A program made the position numbers and the translations under genes. Below, in pieces: positions 51,237 through 61,172 of a DNA stretch of 64,000 nt. Numbering within the stretch: position 1 is the stretch's first letter; every line of letters begins with the position of its first letter. The stretch is from Verrucomicrobiota bacterium (GTDB lineage: Bacteria > Verrucomicrobiota > Verrucomicrobiia > Verrucomicrobiales > DEV007): the NCBI GenBank assembly GCA_045046875.1, contig JASFYY010000002.1:1-64000 (forward strand), written 5' to 3'. A model generated the notes under the pieces. It searched no databases and was not told the origin of the DNA. It worked only from the letters and a program-made list of their open reading frames with translations.

Positions 51237-51920
51237 CTATTTTTTCGGCACTTTGAATTTCAGTAAATAATTTTCCTTAAACATCGGCACTTCCTCCACA
51301 AAATCAAAACCACTTGCCATAATCTCTTTTTTAACCAATGCCTTATCAGCGCGTACATGTTTTAACAACCATTCACGCGATTTGCCTTCAATACGTTCGA
51401 AGTCAATCACCACCAGTTTGCCACCCGGACGCAACGCTTTCAAAATGGTAGCCATCGTTTTTGCTGGAAATTCAAAATGATGATAAGTCGCACAAATAAA
51501 TACCACATCTACAGAAGCTTTTGGCAATAATGCATTATCTGTTTCACACACAACTCCTTGCACATTATCCCAGCCCTGCTCTTTGGCACTTTTCACCGTA
51601 TGATCTACAAAACTTTTGGCTATATCCACAGCATAAATTTTACCTTCTTTACCTACAGCCGGAGCCAATAAACGGGTAAACAAACCCGTGCCTGCTCCAA
51701 TATCTGCTACTGTCATTCCCGGTTTCAAACCTAGCTCTTTTATAATTTGCTGTTTTTTGTCAAAAACCTCCCGCCCTTCTTTTTCAAAACGTTTTTCGAA
51801 TTTTCCCACACTGGGATCTTTAAAAGAATCATTAATCCCCGGTTTTACGCTTTTTTCCTGAGCGACCAAAGGAAACAAACAGAAACTCAATAGGACGATG
51901 AATATGAAGTTCTTTTTCAT
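51237..51920 (-). CDS. Class I SAM-dependent methyltransferase with N-terminal signal peptide
   Basis: VADIGAGTG, YAVDI, TYHHFE, ALRPGG; MKKNFIFIVLL...VA|QE. Confidence 0.88.
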   Translation of the reverse strand: MKKNFIFIVLLSFCLFPLVAQEKSVKPGINDSFKDPSVGKFEKRFEKEGREVFDKKQQIIKELGLKPGMTVADIGAGTGLFTRLLAPAVGKEGKIYAVDIAKSFVDHTVKSAKEQGWDNVQGVVCETDNALLPKASVDVVFICATYHHFEFPAKTMATILKALRPGGKLVVIDFERIEGKSREWLLKHVRADKALVKKEIMASGFDFVEEVPMFKENYLLKFKVPKK

Positions 51921-52125
51921 GGTTTTATATTTTTTAAGACAATGGGCTTCCAGTAAGTAATTTTCAAATCTGACTTTCAGCCATTTCAGCCAAAATAACC
52001 CCTTTTTGAATAAAATACTCCTGTCTTTTTCTTATGCTAAAAAAAACTGGCAAAATCATAATTTCTCCCCTACTTTCCCGACCCTTACCTGCAACATCTG
52101 ATTGTTGGTAAAAATTACCTTATAT

Positions 52126-52202
52126 GGTGGTTGTAGCTCAGTTGGTAGAGCCCCGGATTGTGATTCCGGTTGTCGCGGGTTCGAGTCCCGTCATCCACCC
52201 CA
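52126..52202 (+). tRNA. tRNA-His (GTG)
   Basis: G-1, D-arm AGCTCAGTTGGTAGAGC, anticodon arm CCGGA-TTGTGAT-TCCGG, T-loop TTCGAGT, C73 discriminator and encoded CCA. Confidence 0.96.
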
Positions 52203-52281
52203 TCTTTCCCTCAAGGATGGGTTTTAATTTGTTTTGATTAGATTTAAACCTTTTGCGGACTTGTGTGTCAGTATCTGTTGA

Positions 52282-52983
52282 ATGCCTGAATCGTTAGAAA
52301 TAATAATCAATTACAAGTTTACCAATTCTTTATTATTGGCAGAGGCTCTCACCCACCCAAGTTTAGCGTATGAAACCCAACGTCCGCATTTTGACAATCA
52401 ACGCTTGGAATATCTAGGCGATGCTGTTTTACAGCTGATTTTGACTGATGAACTCTATCGTCGTTTTCCTGCTTATGGAGAAGGTCGCCTCACCAAAGTG
52501 AGATCCCGTTTGGTTTCACGGGATGCATTATGGAAATTTGCCCGTCAAATCAAGCTTTGTAATTTTTTACTTCTCGGCAAAGGCGAAGAATCATCCGGGG
52601 GAAAACAACGCGCTTCTAACCTTGCTGATGCTTACGAAGCTCTCATCGGTGCCATTTATCTCGACGGTGGCCAGGAAGCTGCCAAATCCTTCGTTTTGTC
52701 ACAATGCGTCTCCGCCATAGCTGAAGCTGCCCATGAACCTGATGAAGCGAATCCCAAAGGCCGATTACAAGAACTGCTTCAATCTATTTCTCAAACCAGC
52801 CCCAGCTACCGTATTATCCAACAAGAGGGACCTGACCATGCTAAAATATTCGAGGTCTGTGTAGAATGGAAAAAAACCTTACTAGGCTGTGGAAAGGGAT
52901 GCAGCAAGAAAGAAGCTGAATTTGACGCCGCCACCCAGGCGCTCAACGACGAACTTTGGCTCACTCTTAAGAATGACCCTTGA
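52282..52983 (+). CDS. rnc: Ribonuclease III
   Basis: ALTHPS, NQRLEYLGDAVL, ADAYEALIGAIYLD, dsRBD GPDH..F...SKKEAE. Confidence 0.96.
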   Translation: MPESLEIIINYKFTNSLLLAEALTHPSLAYETQRPHFDNQRLEYLGDAVLQLILTDELYRRFPAYGEGRLTKVRSRLVSRDALWKFARQIKLCNFLLLGKGEESSGGKQRASNLADAYEALIGAIYLDGGQEAAKSFVLSQCVSAIAEAAHEPDEANPKGRLQELLQSISQTSPSYRIIQQEGPDHAKIFEVCVEWKKTLLGCGKGCSKKEAEFDAATQALNDELWLTLKNDP

Positions 52984-52989
52984 GTAAGG

Positions 52990-53200
52990 TGTGAAGAACT
53001 TGTGAGAAGTGAAGAACAACTGTGAACAATTTGAACTTATTCTCAAATTTGCCCTTTTATCAATAATGATTCTCAACTTATTCACAAGGTTCTAAATATT
53101 ATAACTCATTTATTTTAAAACAGTTATGGTTAAATATTAACTCCATTGACCGCTATAATACTAATATTTTTGCTTTTTAAATAAATAATTCTTCTTATAG
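52990..53200. other. Probable chromosomal replication origin (oriC)
   Basis: DnaA boxes: TTATTCACA 53078-53086 (consensus match), TTATTCTCA 53037-53045, reverse TGTGAACAA 53021-53029 and TGTGAAGAA 52990-52998; AT-rich tract; plus strand appears C-rich before and G-rich after; parS sites and mnmG nearby. Confidence 0.75.
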
Positions 53201-53268
53201 ATGATATTGCCTTAAAAACTGACTCTCAACTGAAAGAATTCTCTTTTTTGAACCCCCCCGTTTAATCG

Positions 53269-54657
53269 ATGCATATCTCAAATCTTTTTAGCTTAAAAAA
53301 AGCCTTAGCATTTTTGTTGTATTTTTTTGTTTTTCATTCTTGTTTAGTTTTTTCTTCGGAACAAAAACCTAATATATTAATTATCACTATTGATAATTTA
53401 GGCTATGCAGATTTAAAAAGTTATAATCCGGATAGTCGAATCAAAACTCCGGCACTGGATCATTTTGCTACTCAAAGTGCTCGATTAACGAGTTTCTATA
53501 CAGCTTCACCTACGTGCACGGTATCACGAGCTTGTTTGATGACGGGGAGAATCCCTCAACGCCATAAACTAACTAAACAGCTAGCTGGCATAAAAGGTAA
53601 TTTCGGTGTGGGTCTAAGATCGTCGGAAATCCTGTTACCAGCGATAATTAAATCTAGTTCTTTTGGTTATGAAACGGGAGCTTTTGGTAAATGGAACATA
53701 GGTTTCGCCCCTGGTTCAAGGCCGACGGAAAGAGGGTTTGATGAGTTTCTAGGTTTTGCTTCGGGGAATATTGATTATTATCATCACGTTTATAATGGTA
53801 AACACGATTTGTTTTATAATACGACCGAGATAGATCGTGATGGTGAATATAGCACTGATTTATTTGCTGATTCGGCTATTGAATTTATTAAATCCAAAAC
53901 TAAAGCTCAAAAACCCTGGTTTGTTTATTTACCGTTTAATTCTCCGCATTTTCCGAATAAGGCCAACAAGGCACCTGGTCAGCTTACGCAATGGCAGGCA
54001 CCAGATTGGGCATTTAAGGAGTATGGTTTGTCTCAAAGTGAGGAGGATCCAGAAAAAAGATATGGGGCAGTGGTTACAGCTTTGGATCGAGCGATTGGTC
54101 GGGTTTTTAAGTCTTTGGATGATTTATCAATCTCTGACAAAACATTTGTATTTTTGTATTCAGACAATGGCACTTTTATGCTGAATCGTAAAGGTTTGGA
54201 TATTTCAACCAATGCGCCTTTGCGAAGTGGGGGGGTGACTTGTTGGGAAGGAGGCTTGAGGGTTGCCGCTTTTGCCAGATGGCCGGGCAAGATTAGGAAA
54301 GCTGCAGTGATAGATGTGCCAATGTGGTCGCCTGATTTATTAGTGACCAGTGCTAAACTCAGTGCGGGGGTATTGCCTACAGATCGAATTTTAGATGGAA
54401 AGGATATCATGCCGGTTTTGACTGCTCAAAGTAAGGAATCACCGCATAAGGAATTTTACTTTGAATACGGAAAACAAGCCGCTTTCAGGAGAGGAAAGTG
54501 GAAAATTATTAGAACAAAAAATAATGAAGCGTGGCAGCTTTATGACTTGTCGATGGATATTGGAGAAAGTAATAACTTGGCTTCAGCACACCCTGATACT
54601 GTGAACGAATTGGCTAGTGCTTTTATTCAGCAACAAAAATCGATGTTAGAAAAATAA
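53269..54657 (+). CDS. Secreted sulfatase-like hydrolase (family S1) with variant CTVSR signature
   Basis: PNILIITIDNLG, SPTCTVSRACLMTGR, GKWN, SDNG, WEGGLRV. Confidence 0.88.
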   Translation: MHISNLFSLKKALAFLLYFFVFHSCLVFSSEQKPNILIITIDNLGYADLKSYNPDSRIKTPALDHFATQSARLTSFYTASPTCTVSRACLMTGRIPQRHKLTKQLAGIKGNFGVGLRSSEILLPAIIKSSSFGYETGAFGKWNIGFAPGSRPTERGFDEFLGFASGNIDYYHHVYNGKHDLFYNTTEIDRDGEYSTDLFADSAIEFIKSKTKAQKPWFVYLPFNSPHFPNKANKAPGQLTQWQAPDWAFKEYGLSQSEEDPEKRYGAVVTALDRAIGRVFKSLDDLSISDKTFVFLYSDNGTFMLNRKGLDISTNAPLRSGGVTCWEGGLRVAAFARWPGKIRKAAVIDVPMWSPDLLVTSAKLSAGVLPTDRILDGKDIMPVLTAQSKESPHKEFYFEYGKQAAFRRGKWKIIRTKNNEAWQLYDLSMDIGESNNLASAHPDTVNELASAFIQQQKSMLEK

Positions 54658-54695
54658 GCTTTAGGGTCTCGGTTTTGGATCACCAAGCGAAATAT

Positions 54696-54711
54696 AGTTC
54701 CACGTGGAACA
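54696..54711. other. parS centromere-like site
   Basis: AGTTCCACGTGGAACA, 15/16 match to TGTTCCACGTGGAACA. Confidence 0.85.
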
Positions 54712-54836
54712 TGTCTTTTAGCTTTGAGAATCGATTGATTCACAACACTTGAGATGATTGCTCGAAGCGAGTAAAGTGAAAGACTTACGCCAATGTGATA
54801 ATTACATTTGGTCTGTAAGATTTACTTGTAAGACTT

Positions 54837-56696
54837 ATGTTTACTTATCCAAAGAACTATGACGTGTTGATAATAGGCGCGGGACATGCAGGTATTGAAG
54901 CTGCTTTGGCGGCTACCCGGGTGGGATGTCAGGTGGCTATGCTGACACAGAATTTGGATACGATCGGACAGATGTCTTGTAATCCTGCAATAGGGGGCTT
55001 GGCCAAGGGGCACATGGTAAGGGAGATTGACGCTCTGGGCGGCGAGATGGCTCTCAATACAGACGCAACAGGAATTCAATTTCGTTTATTAAATCGCACT
55101 AAAGGACCAAGTGTTAGAGCTCCTAGAGCTCAGTGTGATAAAAAAGCTTATCAATTTCGCATGAAAGCTGTGTTGGAAGCAGAACCCAATTTGGATTTGC
55201 ATCAGGGTAACGTGGCTGACCTTTTAGTGAAAAATGATAAGATCAACGGCATCGAAACCAGTCTCGGTATGCGTTATGCTGCTAAGTCTGTAATAATAAC
55301 AACGGGGACATTCATGCGCGGGCTTTTGCATGTTGGATTGCAAAATCAGAAGGGGGGAAGAATGGGTGACGCTATGTCTACCCTTAGCGATATACTAGCG
55401 GAATTAGGCTTCCGAATAGAGCGTATGAAAACGGGGACACCGTGTAGAATTAATGGTCGGACTATTGATTTTTCGAAGTGTGAGAAACAAGAAGGTGATG
55501 TGGATATACCAAAATTCTCCTTCATGTCCGATACTTTGACTCGGGGAGATAATGACATTTTTACTTTGAATCCTTGGGGAGATAAAATGTTCCACATGGA
55601 ACAATTGCCATGTTGGATCACTCATACCAATCAAAAAACGCATGATGTGATTCGAGGAGGATTGGATCAATCACCGATGTACTCGGGTATTATTGAGGGT
55701 GTGGGGCCGCGGTATTGTCCTTCGATAGAAGATAAGGTGGTGCGATTTGCTGATAAAGAAAGGCATCAGTTATTTTTGGAGCCAGAAGGTCGGCAAACTC
55801 AGGAGTATTATGTGAACGGCATATCCACCAGTTTACCTTTTGAAGTGCAGTATGAATTTATCAAAACGATATCTGGTTTGGAAAATGCTCAAATTCTAAG
55901 AGCGGGATATGCGGTTGAATATGATGCTTGTGATCCGACTCAGTTGAATAAAACTTTGGAAACTAAAAGCATAGAAGGTTTATACTTTGCAGGTCAGATT
56001 AATGGTACCAGTGGTTATGAAGAAGCGGCCGCTCAGGGTTTGATGGCGGGTGCAAATGCGGCACTGAAAGTGAAAGGGGAGCAGGCCTTTATTTTGGGTA
56101 GAGAAGAAGCTTACATCGGGGTGATGATTGATGATTTGGTCACTAAGGGCACTATCGAACCCTACCGTATGTTCACAAGTAGGGCAGAATATCGCCTACT
56201 CTTGCGTCAGGACAATGCGGATCAGCGGTTGACGCCACTTGCAGCAGAAAAGGGACTGGTGAGCTCAGAGCGGTCTCAGAGAGCAGAGACAGTTGTTACA
56301 GCACTGCATGAAGCAAGATTGTTTATTGCAAAAAACAAAGTGAATGGGGAGTCGATAGAAAAGATCCTGAGAAGACAAGATGTCACATGGAAAAGTTTGG
56401 ATGAGGAGATAAAATCTCAATTGCCGGAAAGCAGTTGGGAAATGGTCGAAATTGATGCCAAATACGCGGGATACATCAAGCGTCAGGAGATGATGATCAA
56501 ACGTACCCAGAAACTTGAAAATAGGGAGATCCCTAAAAACCTGGATTACAGTGAGGTGAAAGGTTTAAAAAAGGAGGCCCAGCAGAGATTGGCGGATATA
56601 CAGCCAGGCACCTTGGGTCAAGCTGGTAGGGTGAGTGGGATTACCCCTGCTGATATAGGAATGTTGGCTGTTTGGTTGGAAAAAAACAGCCATTAA
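54837..56696 (+). CDS. mnmG: tRNA uridine 5-carboxymethylaminomethyl modification enzyme MnmG (GidA)
   Basis: [63 protein letters not shown]. Confidence 0.98.
   Translation: MFTYPKNYDVLIIGAGHAGIEAALAATRVGCQVAMLTQNLDTIGQMSCNPAIGGLAKGHMVREIDALGGEMALNTDATGIQFRLLNRTKGPSVRAPRAQCDKKAYQFRMKAVLEAEPNLDLHQGNVADLLVKNDKINGIETSLGMRYAAKSVIITTGTFMRGLLHVGLQNQKGGRMGDAMSTLSDILAELGFRIERMKTGTPCRINGRTIDFSKCEKQEGDVDIPKFSFMSDTLTRGDNDIFTLNPWGDKMFHMEQLPCWITHTNQKTHDVIRGGLDQSPMYSGIIEGVGPRYCPSIEDKVVRFADKERHQLFLEPEGRQTQEYYVNGISTSLPFEVQYEFIKTISGLENAQILRAGYAVEYDACDPTQLNKTLETKSIEGLYFAGQINGTSGYEEAAAQGLMAGANAALKVKGEQAFILGREEAYIGVMIDDLVTKGTIEPYRMFTSRAEYRLLLRQDNADQRLTPLAAEKGLVSSERSQRAETVVTALHEARLFIAKNKVNGESIEKILRRQDVTWKSLDEEIKSQLPESSWEMVEIDAKYAGYIKRQEMMIKRTQKLENREIPKNLDYSEVKGLKKEAQQRLADIQPGTLGQAGRVSGITPADIGMLAVWLEKNSH
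55588..55603. other. parS site embedded in the mnmG coding sequence
   Basis: TGTTCCACATGGAACA, 15/16 match, read in frame as M-F-H-M-E-Q. Confidence 0.7.
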
Positions 56697-56707
56697 GAAA
56701 TGTAGCG

Positions 56708-57259
56708 CTATAATATGGAGCGCAACAATTCTTGTAATTGAGCAGCATTTTTCACACTGTGGTCTGACTCTACTTCAGGTAATTTGTCAGATAAAAAGCG
56801 GATGCATCCTTTTAAATTGGCAGCACGTCCCATCGTGATATCCCGGTCGGAATCTCCAATCATCCAGGATTGGTAGAGATCTATATTGAAATCTTGAGCC
56901 GCACTGAATAACATTTCAGGATCAGGCTTCGGTAAGTGAAAACAGTCTTCGCTTTGTGTGTAGGAATAAATAGCGTCAAATTTGGCGGATTGCTGAGCCA
57001 GTTTGGACTGCATTTGATCATGTATCTGATCCAAGTCTGCTTGGGACATCAAACCTTTGCCAACTCCTCGTTGGCTGGTCACTAGGACCAATAGAATGTT
57101 CTGTTTTTTTATCCAGGAGAGCAGATCAATGATGCCTGGATTGAATACAAATTGCTTCCAGCTTAAAACATAACCTTTACCAGGTGATTGGTTGATGACT
57201 CCGTCACGATCAAAAAAAAGGCATCGTCTGGGTAAGGGTAGGGGTTTGGAAAGAGACAT
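56708..57259 (-). CDS. gmhB: HAD-IIIA phosphatase, D,D-heptose 1,7-bisphosphate phosphatase-like
   Basis: FFDRDGVIN, VTSQRGVGKG, KPDPEM, MIGDSDRD. Confidence 0.8.
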   Translation of the reverse strand: MSLSKPLPLPRRCLFFDRDGVINQSPGKGYVLSWKQFVFNPGIIDLLSWIKKQNILLVLVTSQRGVGKGLMSQADLDQIHDQMQSKLAQQSAKFDAIYSYTQSEDCFHLPKPDPEMLFSAAQDFNIDLYQSWMIGDSDRDITMGRAANLKGCIRFLSDKLPEVESDHSVKNAAQLQELLRSIL

Positions 57260-57278
57260 GAAAATGGAAGAATGTATT

Positions 57279-58307
57279 CTAAGATCGCTGGATCAGGCCG
57301 CTGATTCGTATGTCCGGGCCGAGTTTTTTCATTTGAATAGAGCTAAGTTTTTTAGAAATGTCGTTGCTTTGTATTGCCTGGGTACAGCCCCCGCCGATGA
57401 TCGGTGCATAATAAAAAACGACTTCATCAATCAGATCGTTTTTTAGAGCATTAGCTAATAGTTTCCCTCCGGATTCAATCATTACAGATTGAATTCCTTG
57501 TTTAGCCAGTTTTTTGAGAATGAAACGCAGTGATTTTTTAGTGAAAACTTGTGTTTTATCACGGTATGGGTCGGTAAAAACATGTGAATCCTGAGGAAAA
57601 TCACCGCTTAGTGTACTAATGATGCGCGCGGGTTGTGGATGATTGTTTCGGGCGAATTTGCCTCTTAAAGTGAGATGAGGGTTGTCATGGCGCAAAGTGG
57701 CACCGCCTATAAGAATGGCATCAATTTGTGAACGTAGACGCTGAACATCTTCGAGAGCTTGTGAACTGGTGATCCAGGGACCCTGCCCGGGGGGAAGGGT
57801 GGTGCGTGCATCAAGAGTCATGGCCGATTTGGCAATCACCCACGGTAACCCAGTGGTGAGGCTTTTGGTGAAATAACGAATCAGATGTTGAGCTTCTTTA
57901 TTAAGGATCCCATCGGTGACAGGGATGTTTTTTTTCATCAAGCATCGTTTGGCACGTCCTTGATGCTGGGGGTTCGGGTCTGAACAGGCATAAACCACAC
58001 GGGAAAACTGATGCTGAATAATAGCATCGGTACAAGCTCCGGTATTACCATGACTCGAGCATGGTTCCAAAGTCACATAAAGCGTGGCATTTTTAAATAC
58101 AGAGGCAGGATACTTTTTCAGGCTATTGTGAATAGCGTTGATTTCTGCATGCGCTTCACCGGCACGGTGGTGATATCCTTTACCAATAATGGTACCATTT
58201 TTATCGACAATGATTGCACCAACCGGAGGATTCGGACTGGTTAGGCCTAAGCCTTTTTTCGCCTGTTTGATGGCGAGTTTCATAAAATGAATATCTTGAG
58301 TGGTCAA
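57279..58307 (-). CDS. ribD: Bifunctional riboflavin biosynthesis deaminase/reductase
   Basis: PNPPVGA, HAE, TLEPC, K.AMTLD, DNP.L, IESGG. Confidence 0.95.
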   Translation of the reverse strand: MTTQDIHFMKLAIKQAKKGLGLTSPNPPVGAIIVDKNGTIIGKGYHHRAGEAHAEINAIHNSLKKYPASVFKNATLYVTLEPCSSHGNTGACTDAIIQHQFSRVVYACSDPNPQHQGRAKRCLMKKNIPVTDGILNKEAQHLIRYFTKSLTTGLPWVIAKSAMTLDARTTLPPGQGPWITSSQALEDVQRLRSQIDAILIGGATLRHDNPHLTLRGKFARNNHPQPARIISTLSGDFPQDSHVFTDPYRDKTQVFTKKSLRFILKKLAKQGIQSVMIESGGKLLANALKNDLIDEVVFYYAPIIGGGCTQAIQSNDISKKLSSIQMKKLGPDIRISGLIQRS

Positions 58308-58664
58308 AATAGGGCAAAAAAAGTTTGGATTAATGAATAAACGATATGTAATGAAAACCAGTTAGATTGAATCGATGAAAAATGAAGCTGAATAAGACTA
58401 GTGCCCATGAAGCAATAAAACAAGGCTGTTTATTGATAGATAAATATCTAGTAACTCGTTATTAATAAGTATGTTGAATGGATTTATAAAAAAGGATTTA
58501 TATTGTAGGTTCAGCAGAAAAAAAGAGGAAATTACTATTTTGTGGCTACACGTTACCTAATATAGTAAGTGAAAGTAAAAAAGTATTTTACGTACTGTAA
58601 TAATTGCTCAGAAAAAATAAACTGGAAATAAATGTTTCAGAGAAAGTGATTCTTGAAGAAATAA

Positions 58665-59696
58665 ATGAAATTTTCGAAAAAGCAAAAACAGCAATTGTAT
58701 TATGAATTGGAAAAATTCGTACGTTCAGGTTTTGGTTTTGATAAAGCTTGTGAAAGTATGGTCGCTCAACCGGCAACATCAAAAATTCAGAAGAATTTCT
58801 GTGAGGGTGTTTTAGAAGGATTAAAAAACAAAAAAACGGTGGCTCAATCTGTTGAGGCGCTGCCCTTGGAAATTTCAGAATTAGAAATAAATATAATCAA
58901 CGCAGGCGAGCAAGCGGGATTATTGGAGAAGAGTTTTGAGCATCTTGAAAAACATTTTGGATTAGCTTTAGAAACCGAACAGAAAATAAAAAAAGCCCTG
59001 GTATATCCAATCATGCTATTGCATGCCGCTATATTGATGGGTTTGACTACGACTTCTTTAATGGCTGCCTGGAACCCACTTGCAGAAAAAGGAGCGGGTT
59101 GGGCTAGTTTCAAAGTAGGTTTGACTATCGTAGTGATTTTGTATGCGGTTTTAGCTTTTAGTGTAACGATTTTTGTAAAATGGCTGAAAATGGCTAAACA
59201 TTCCGCTGAAAAAGACCGTTTATTAGCAAAGATCCCTTTTTTAGGAAGGATGCGTAGAGATTTGGCGATGTCTAATTTTTGCGGAGTGTTTCACATGGGA
59301 CTGTGTTCAGGGCAAAAAATGGACCAAGTGTATTTGAATGCCGGTAAGTCATCATCAAGCGGACAAATTTGGCAAGTTTGTCAAAATGGAGCAGAAAATT
59401 TGCGCAAAGGCGAAACTTTAGCCATCACATTGACGGAAGCAGGCAATGTTTTCCCTCGGGATTTCAAAACATCAGTTGCGAATGCTGAATTGGCGGGGGT
59501 TGTGGATGAGGAGTTTGCGCGCTGGAAGGACTATTATAGAAAGTGTGCGCTGGATTCGGTGAGTCGTTTTGTTGAGTGGGTTCCGAGACTTTTTTATTGG
59601 TTGGTACTGGTTGTAGTGGTTTTTATTGTGTTCAGAATGGCTATTTCTTATCGCGATTTATTAGAAAACTATATTAATTGGAGTGATCAGTTTTGA
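58665..59696 (+). CDS. Type II secretion/type IV pilus inner-membrane platform protein (GspF/PilC family)
   Basis: AGEQAG.LE, ALVYP, D.LL.KIPFLG, NAELAG..DE: two T2SSF repeats. Confidence 0.8.
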   Translation: MKFSKKQKQQLYYELEKFVRSGFGFDKACESMVAQPATSKIQKNFCEGVLEGLKNKKTVAQSVEALPLEISELEINIINAGEQAGLLEKSFEHLEKHFGLALETEQKIKKALVYPIMLLHAAILMGLTTTSLMAAWNPLAEKGAGWASFKVGLTIVVILYAVLAFSVTIFVKWLKMAKHSAEKDRLLAKIPFLGRMRRDLAMSNFCGVFHMGLCSGQKMDQVYLNAGKSSSSGQIWQVCQNGAENLRKGETLAITLTEAGNVFPRDFKTSVANAELAGVVDEEFARWKDYYRKCALDSVSRFVEWVPRLFYWLVLVVVVFIVFRMAISYRDLLENYINWSDQF

Positions 59697-59781
59697 AATA
59701 AGGAATAAGGACAAAATATTTTTTTGTTTTATTGCTTTATCTATAGGCGTTTGGAGAGGAAAAAGGCGTAAAAATTAACAG

Positions 59782-59824
59782 TATTCATTTTTACACTGGA
59801 CAAATGAACAGTAATTGATATGAT
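59782..59824 (+). promoter_or_regulatory. recA promoter with tandem Verrucomicrobia-type LexA boxes
   Basis: TATTC-ATTT-TTACA (59782-59795) and TGGAC-AAAT-GAACA (59797-59810) versus TGTTC-N4-GAACA; -35 TGGACA, 16 nt spacer, -10 TATGAT (59819-59824). Confidence 0.6.
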
Positions 59825-59845
59825 TAGTAAAAACCACTGAGAATC

Positions 59846-61087
59846 ATGTCACAAGTACTAACACCCAATTCAAAAAAAAGCAGTTCGGCCTCATCATCTA
59901 ACTCAATTGCAAAAGCGTCTGATTTGTCGCAAGGTGCAATGAGTTCTCCTAAAATATCACAAAACGAGGAACAAAAAACTCAGGCGAGTTCGAGCACAGA
60001 GACTAAAAAAAGTAATAACGATCTTAAGAAAATGGCAGCAAACGAAAAAAAGGCAAAAGCAGCAGTAACAGCGGAAAAAAGCAGGCTTGCAACCGCCCGG
60101 GGTAAAAACCTGGATTTAGCTATTTCACAAATTCAAAAAGATTTTGGCGAAGGTGCTATCATGCGTTTGGGTGAACACACCCGTGTAGATGTAGATGTGA
60201 TACCCACCGGTAATTTGTTGATTGATAGGGCTCTTGGAGTAGGTGGTTTTCCCCGTGGCCGTATTATTGAAGTTTATGGACCGGAATCTTCAGGTAAAAC
60301 GACGCTTTGTTTGACTGCGATTGCTCAAGCTCAAAAACAGGGCGGTTTGGCAGGTTTTGTTGATGTTGAACATGCACTGGATCCTCAATATTCGAAAAGA
60401 CTTGGAGTTAACCTGGATGAATTGTTGGTTTCACAGCCAAGTTCGGGGGAAGAAGCTTTGCGTATCGTAGAAACCCTTGTGCGTTCCAATGCTTTAGATG
60501 TGATTGTTTTAGATTCGGTAGCAGCTTTAGTCACCAAACAGGAATTAGATGGTGAAATTGGTGATACGACAGTTGGGGCTCAAGCTCGATTGATGAGTGC
60601 TGCAATGAGAAAGCTAACCTCATTAATAGCTAAAGCTAGAACCACTGTAATATTTACTAATCAGATTCGTGAAAAAATCGGTGTGATGTTTGGTAATCCA
60701 GAAACCACACCAGGAGGCCGGGCACTCAAATTCTATAGCAGTGTTCGCTGTGATATTCGTCGCATAGGAGCAATCAAAGCTTCAGACGGTTCTATGATTG
60801 GTAATCGAACCCGGGTGAAAGTGGTAAAAAATAAAGTAGCACCGCCTTATGGTGAAGCTGAATTTGATATCATGTTCAATGAAGGTATTTCAGCGGTTGG
60901 GTCGCTGTTGGATTTGGCAATTGAGCATGAAATTTTACAGAAACGTGGTTCATGGTTCAGTTATAAAGGAACTCAATTGGCACAAGGTCGCGATGCAGCA
61001 AAAGAAGCGTTAAAAGCAGATGAAATTCTTTACGCTGAAATAGAGGTGGCTGTGAAAGCTAAAATGGACGACCTCGATCAAGAGTAA
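59846..61087 (+). CDS. recA: Recombinase A, possibly with a ~60-aa low-complexity N-terminal extension
   Basis: [49 protein letters not shown]; alternative start 60032. Confidence 0.98.
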   Translation: MSQVLTPNSKKSSSASSSNSIAKASDLSQGAMSSPKISQNEEQKTQASSSTETKKSNNDLKKMAANEKKAKAAVTAEKSRLATARGKNLDLAISQIQKDFGEGAIMRLGEHTRVDVDVIPTGNLLIDRALGVGGFPRGRIIEVYGPESSGKTTLCLTAIAQAQKQGGLAGFVDVEHALDPQYSKRLGVNLDELLVSQPSSGEEALRIVETLVRSNALDVIVLDSVAALVTKQELDGEIGDTTVGAQARLMSAAMRKLTSLIAKARTTVIFTNQIREKIGVMFGNPETTPGGRALKFYSSVRCDIRRIGAIKASDGSMIGNRTRVKVVKNKVAPPYGEAEFDIMFNEGISAVGSLLDLAIEHEILQKRGSWFSYKGTQLAQGRDAAKEALKADEILYAEIEVAVKAKMDDLDQE

Positions 61088-61172
61088 GTAGGGTCGATCG
61101 TTAAAAACAGATAATTAGAAAAATACGTCCAGTGAACTAACTAAAATAGTAACCAGTAAATAAATCATAAAA

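Noticed and set aside
52203..52281. Integrated element at tRNA-His
   Set aside because: rnc follows directly; no integrase and no repeat of the tRNA 3' end noticed in the window
58308..58664. FMN riboswitch upstream of ribD
   Set aside because: AT-rich sequence with none of the conserved RFN motifs
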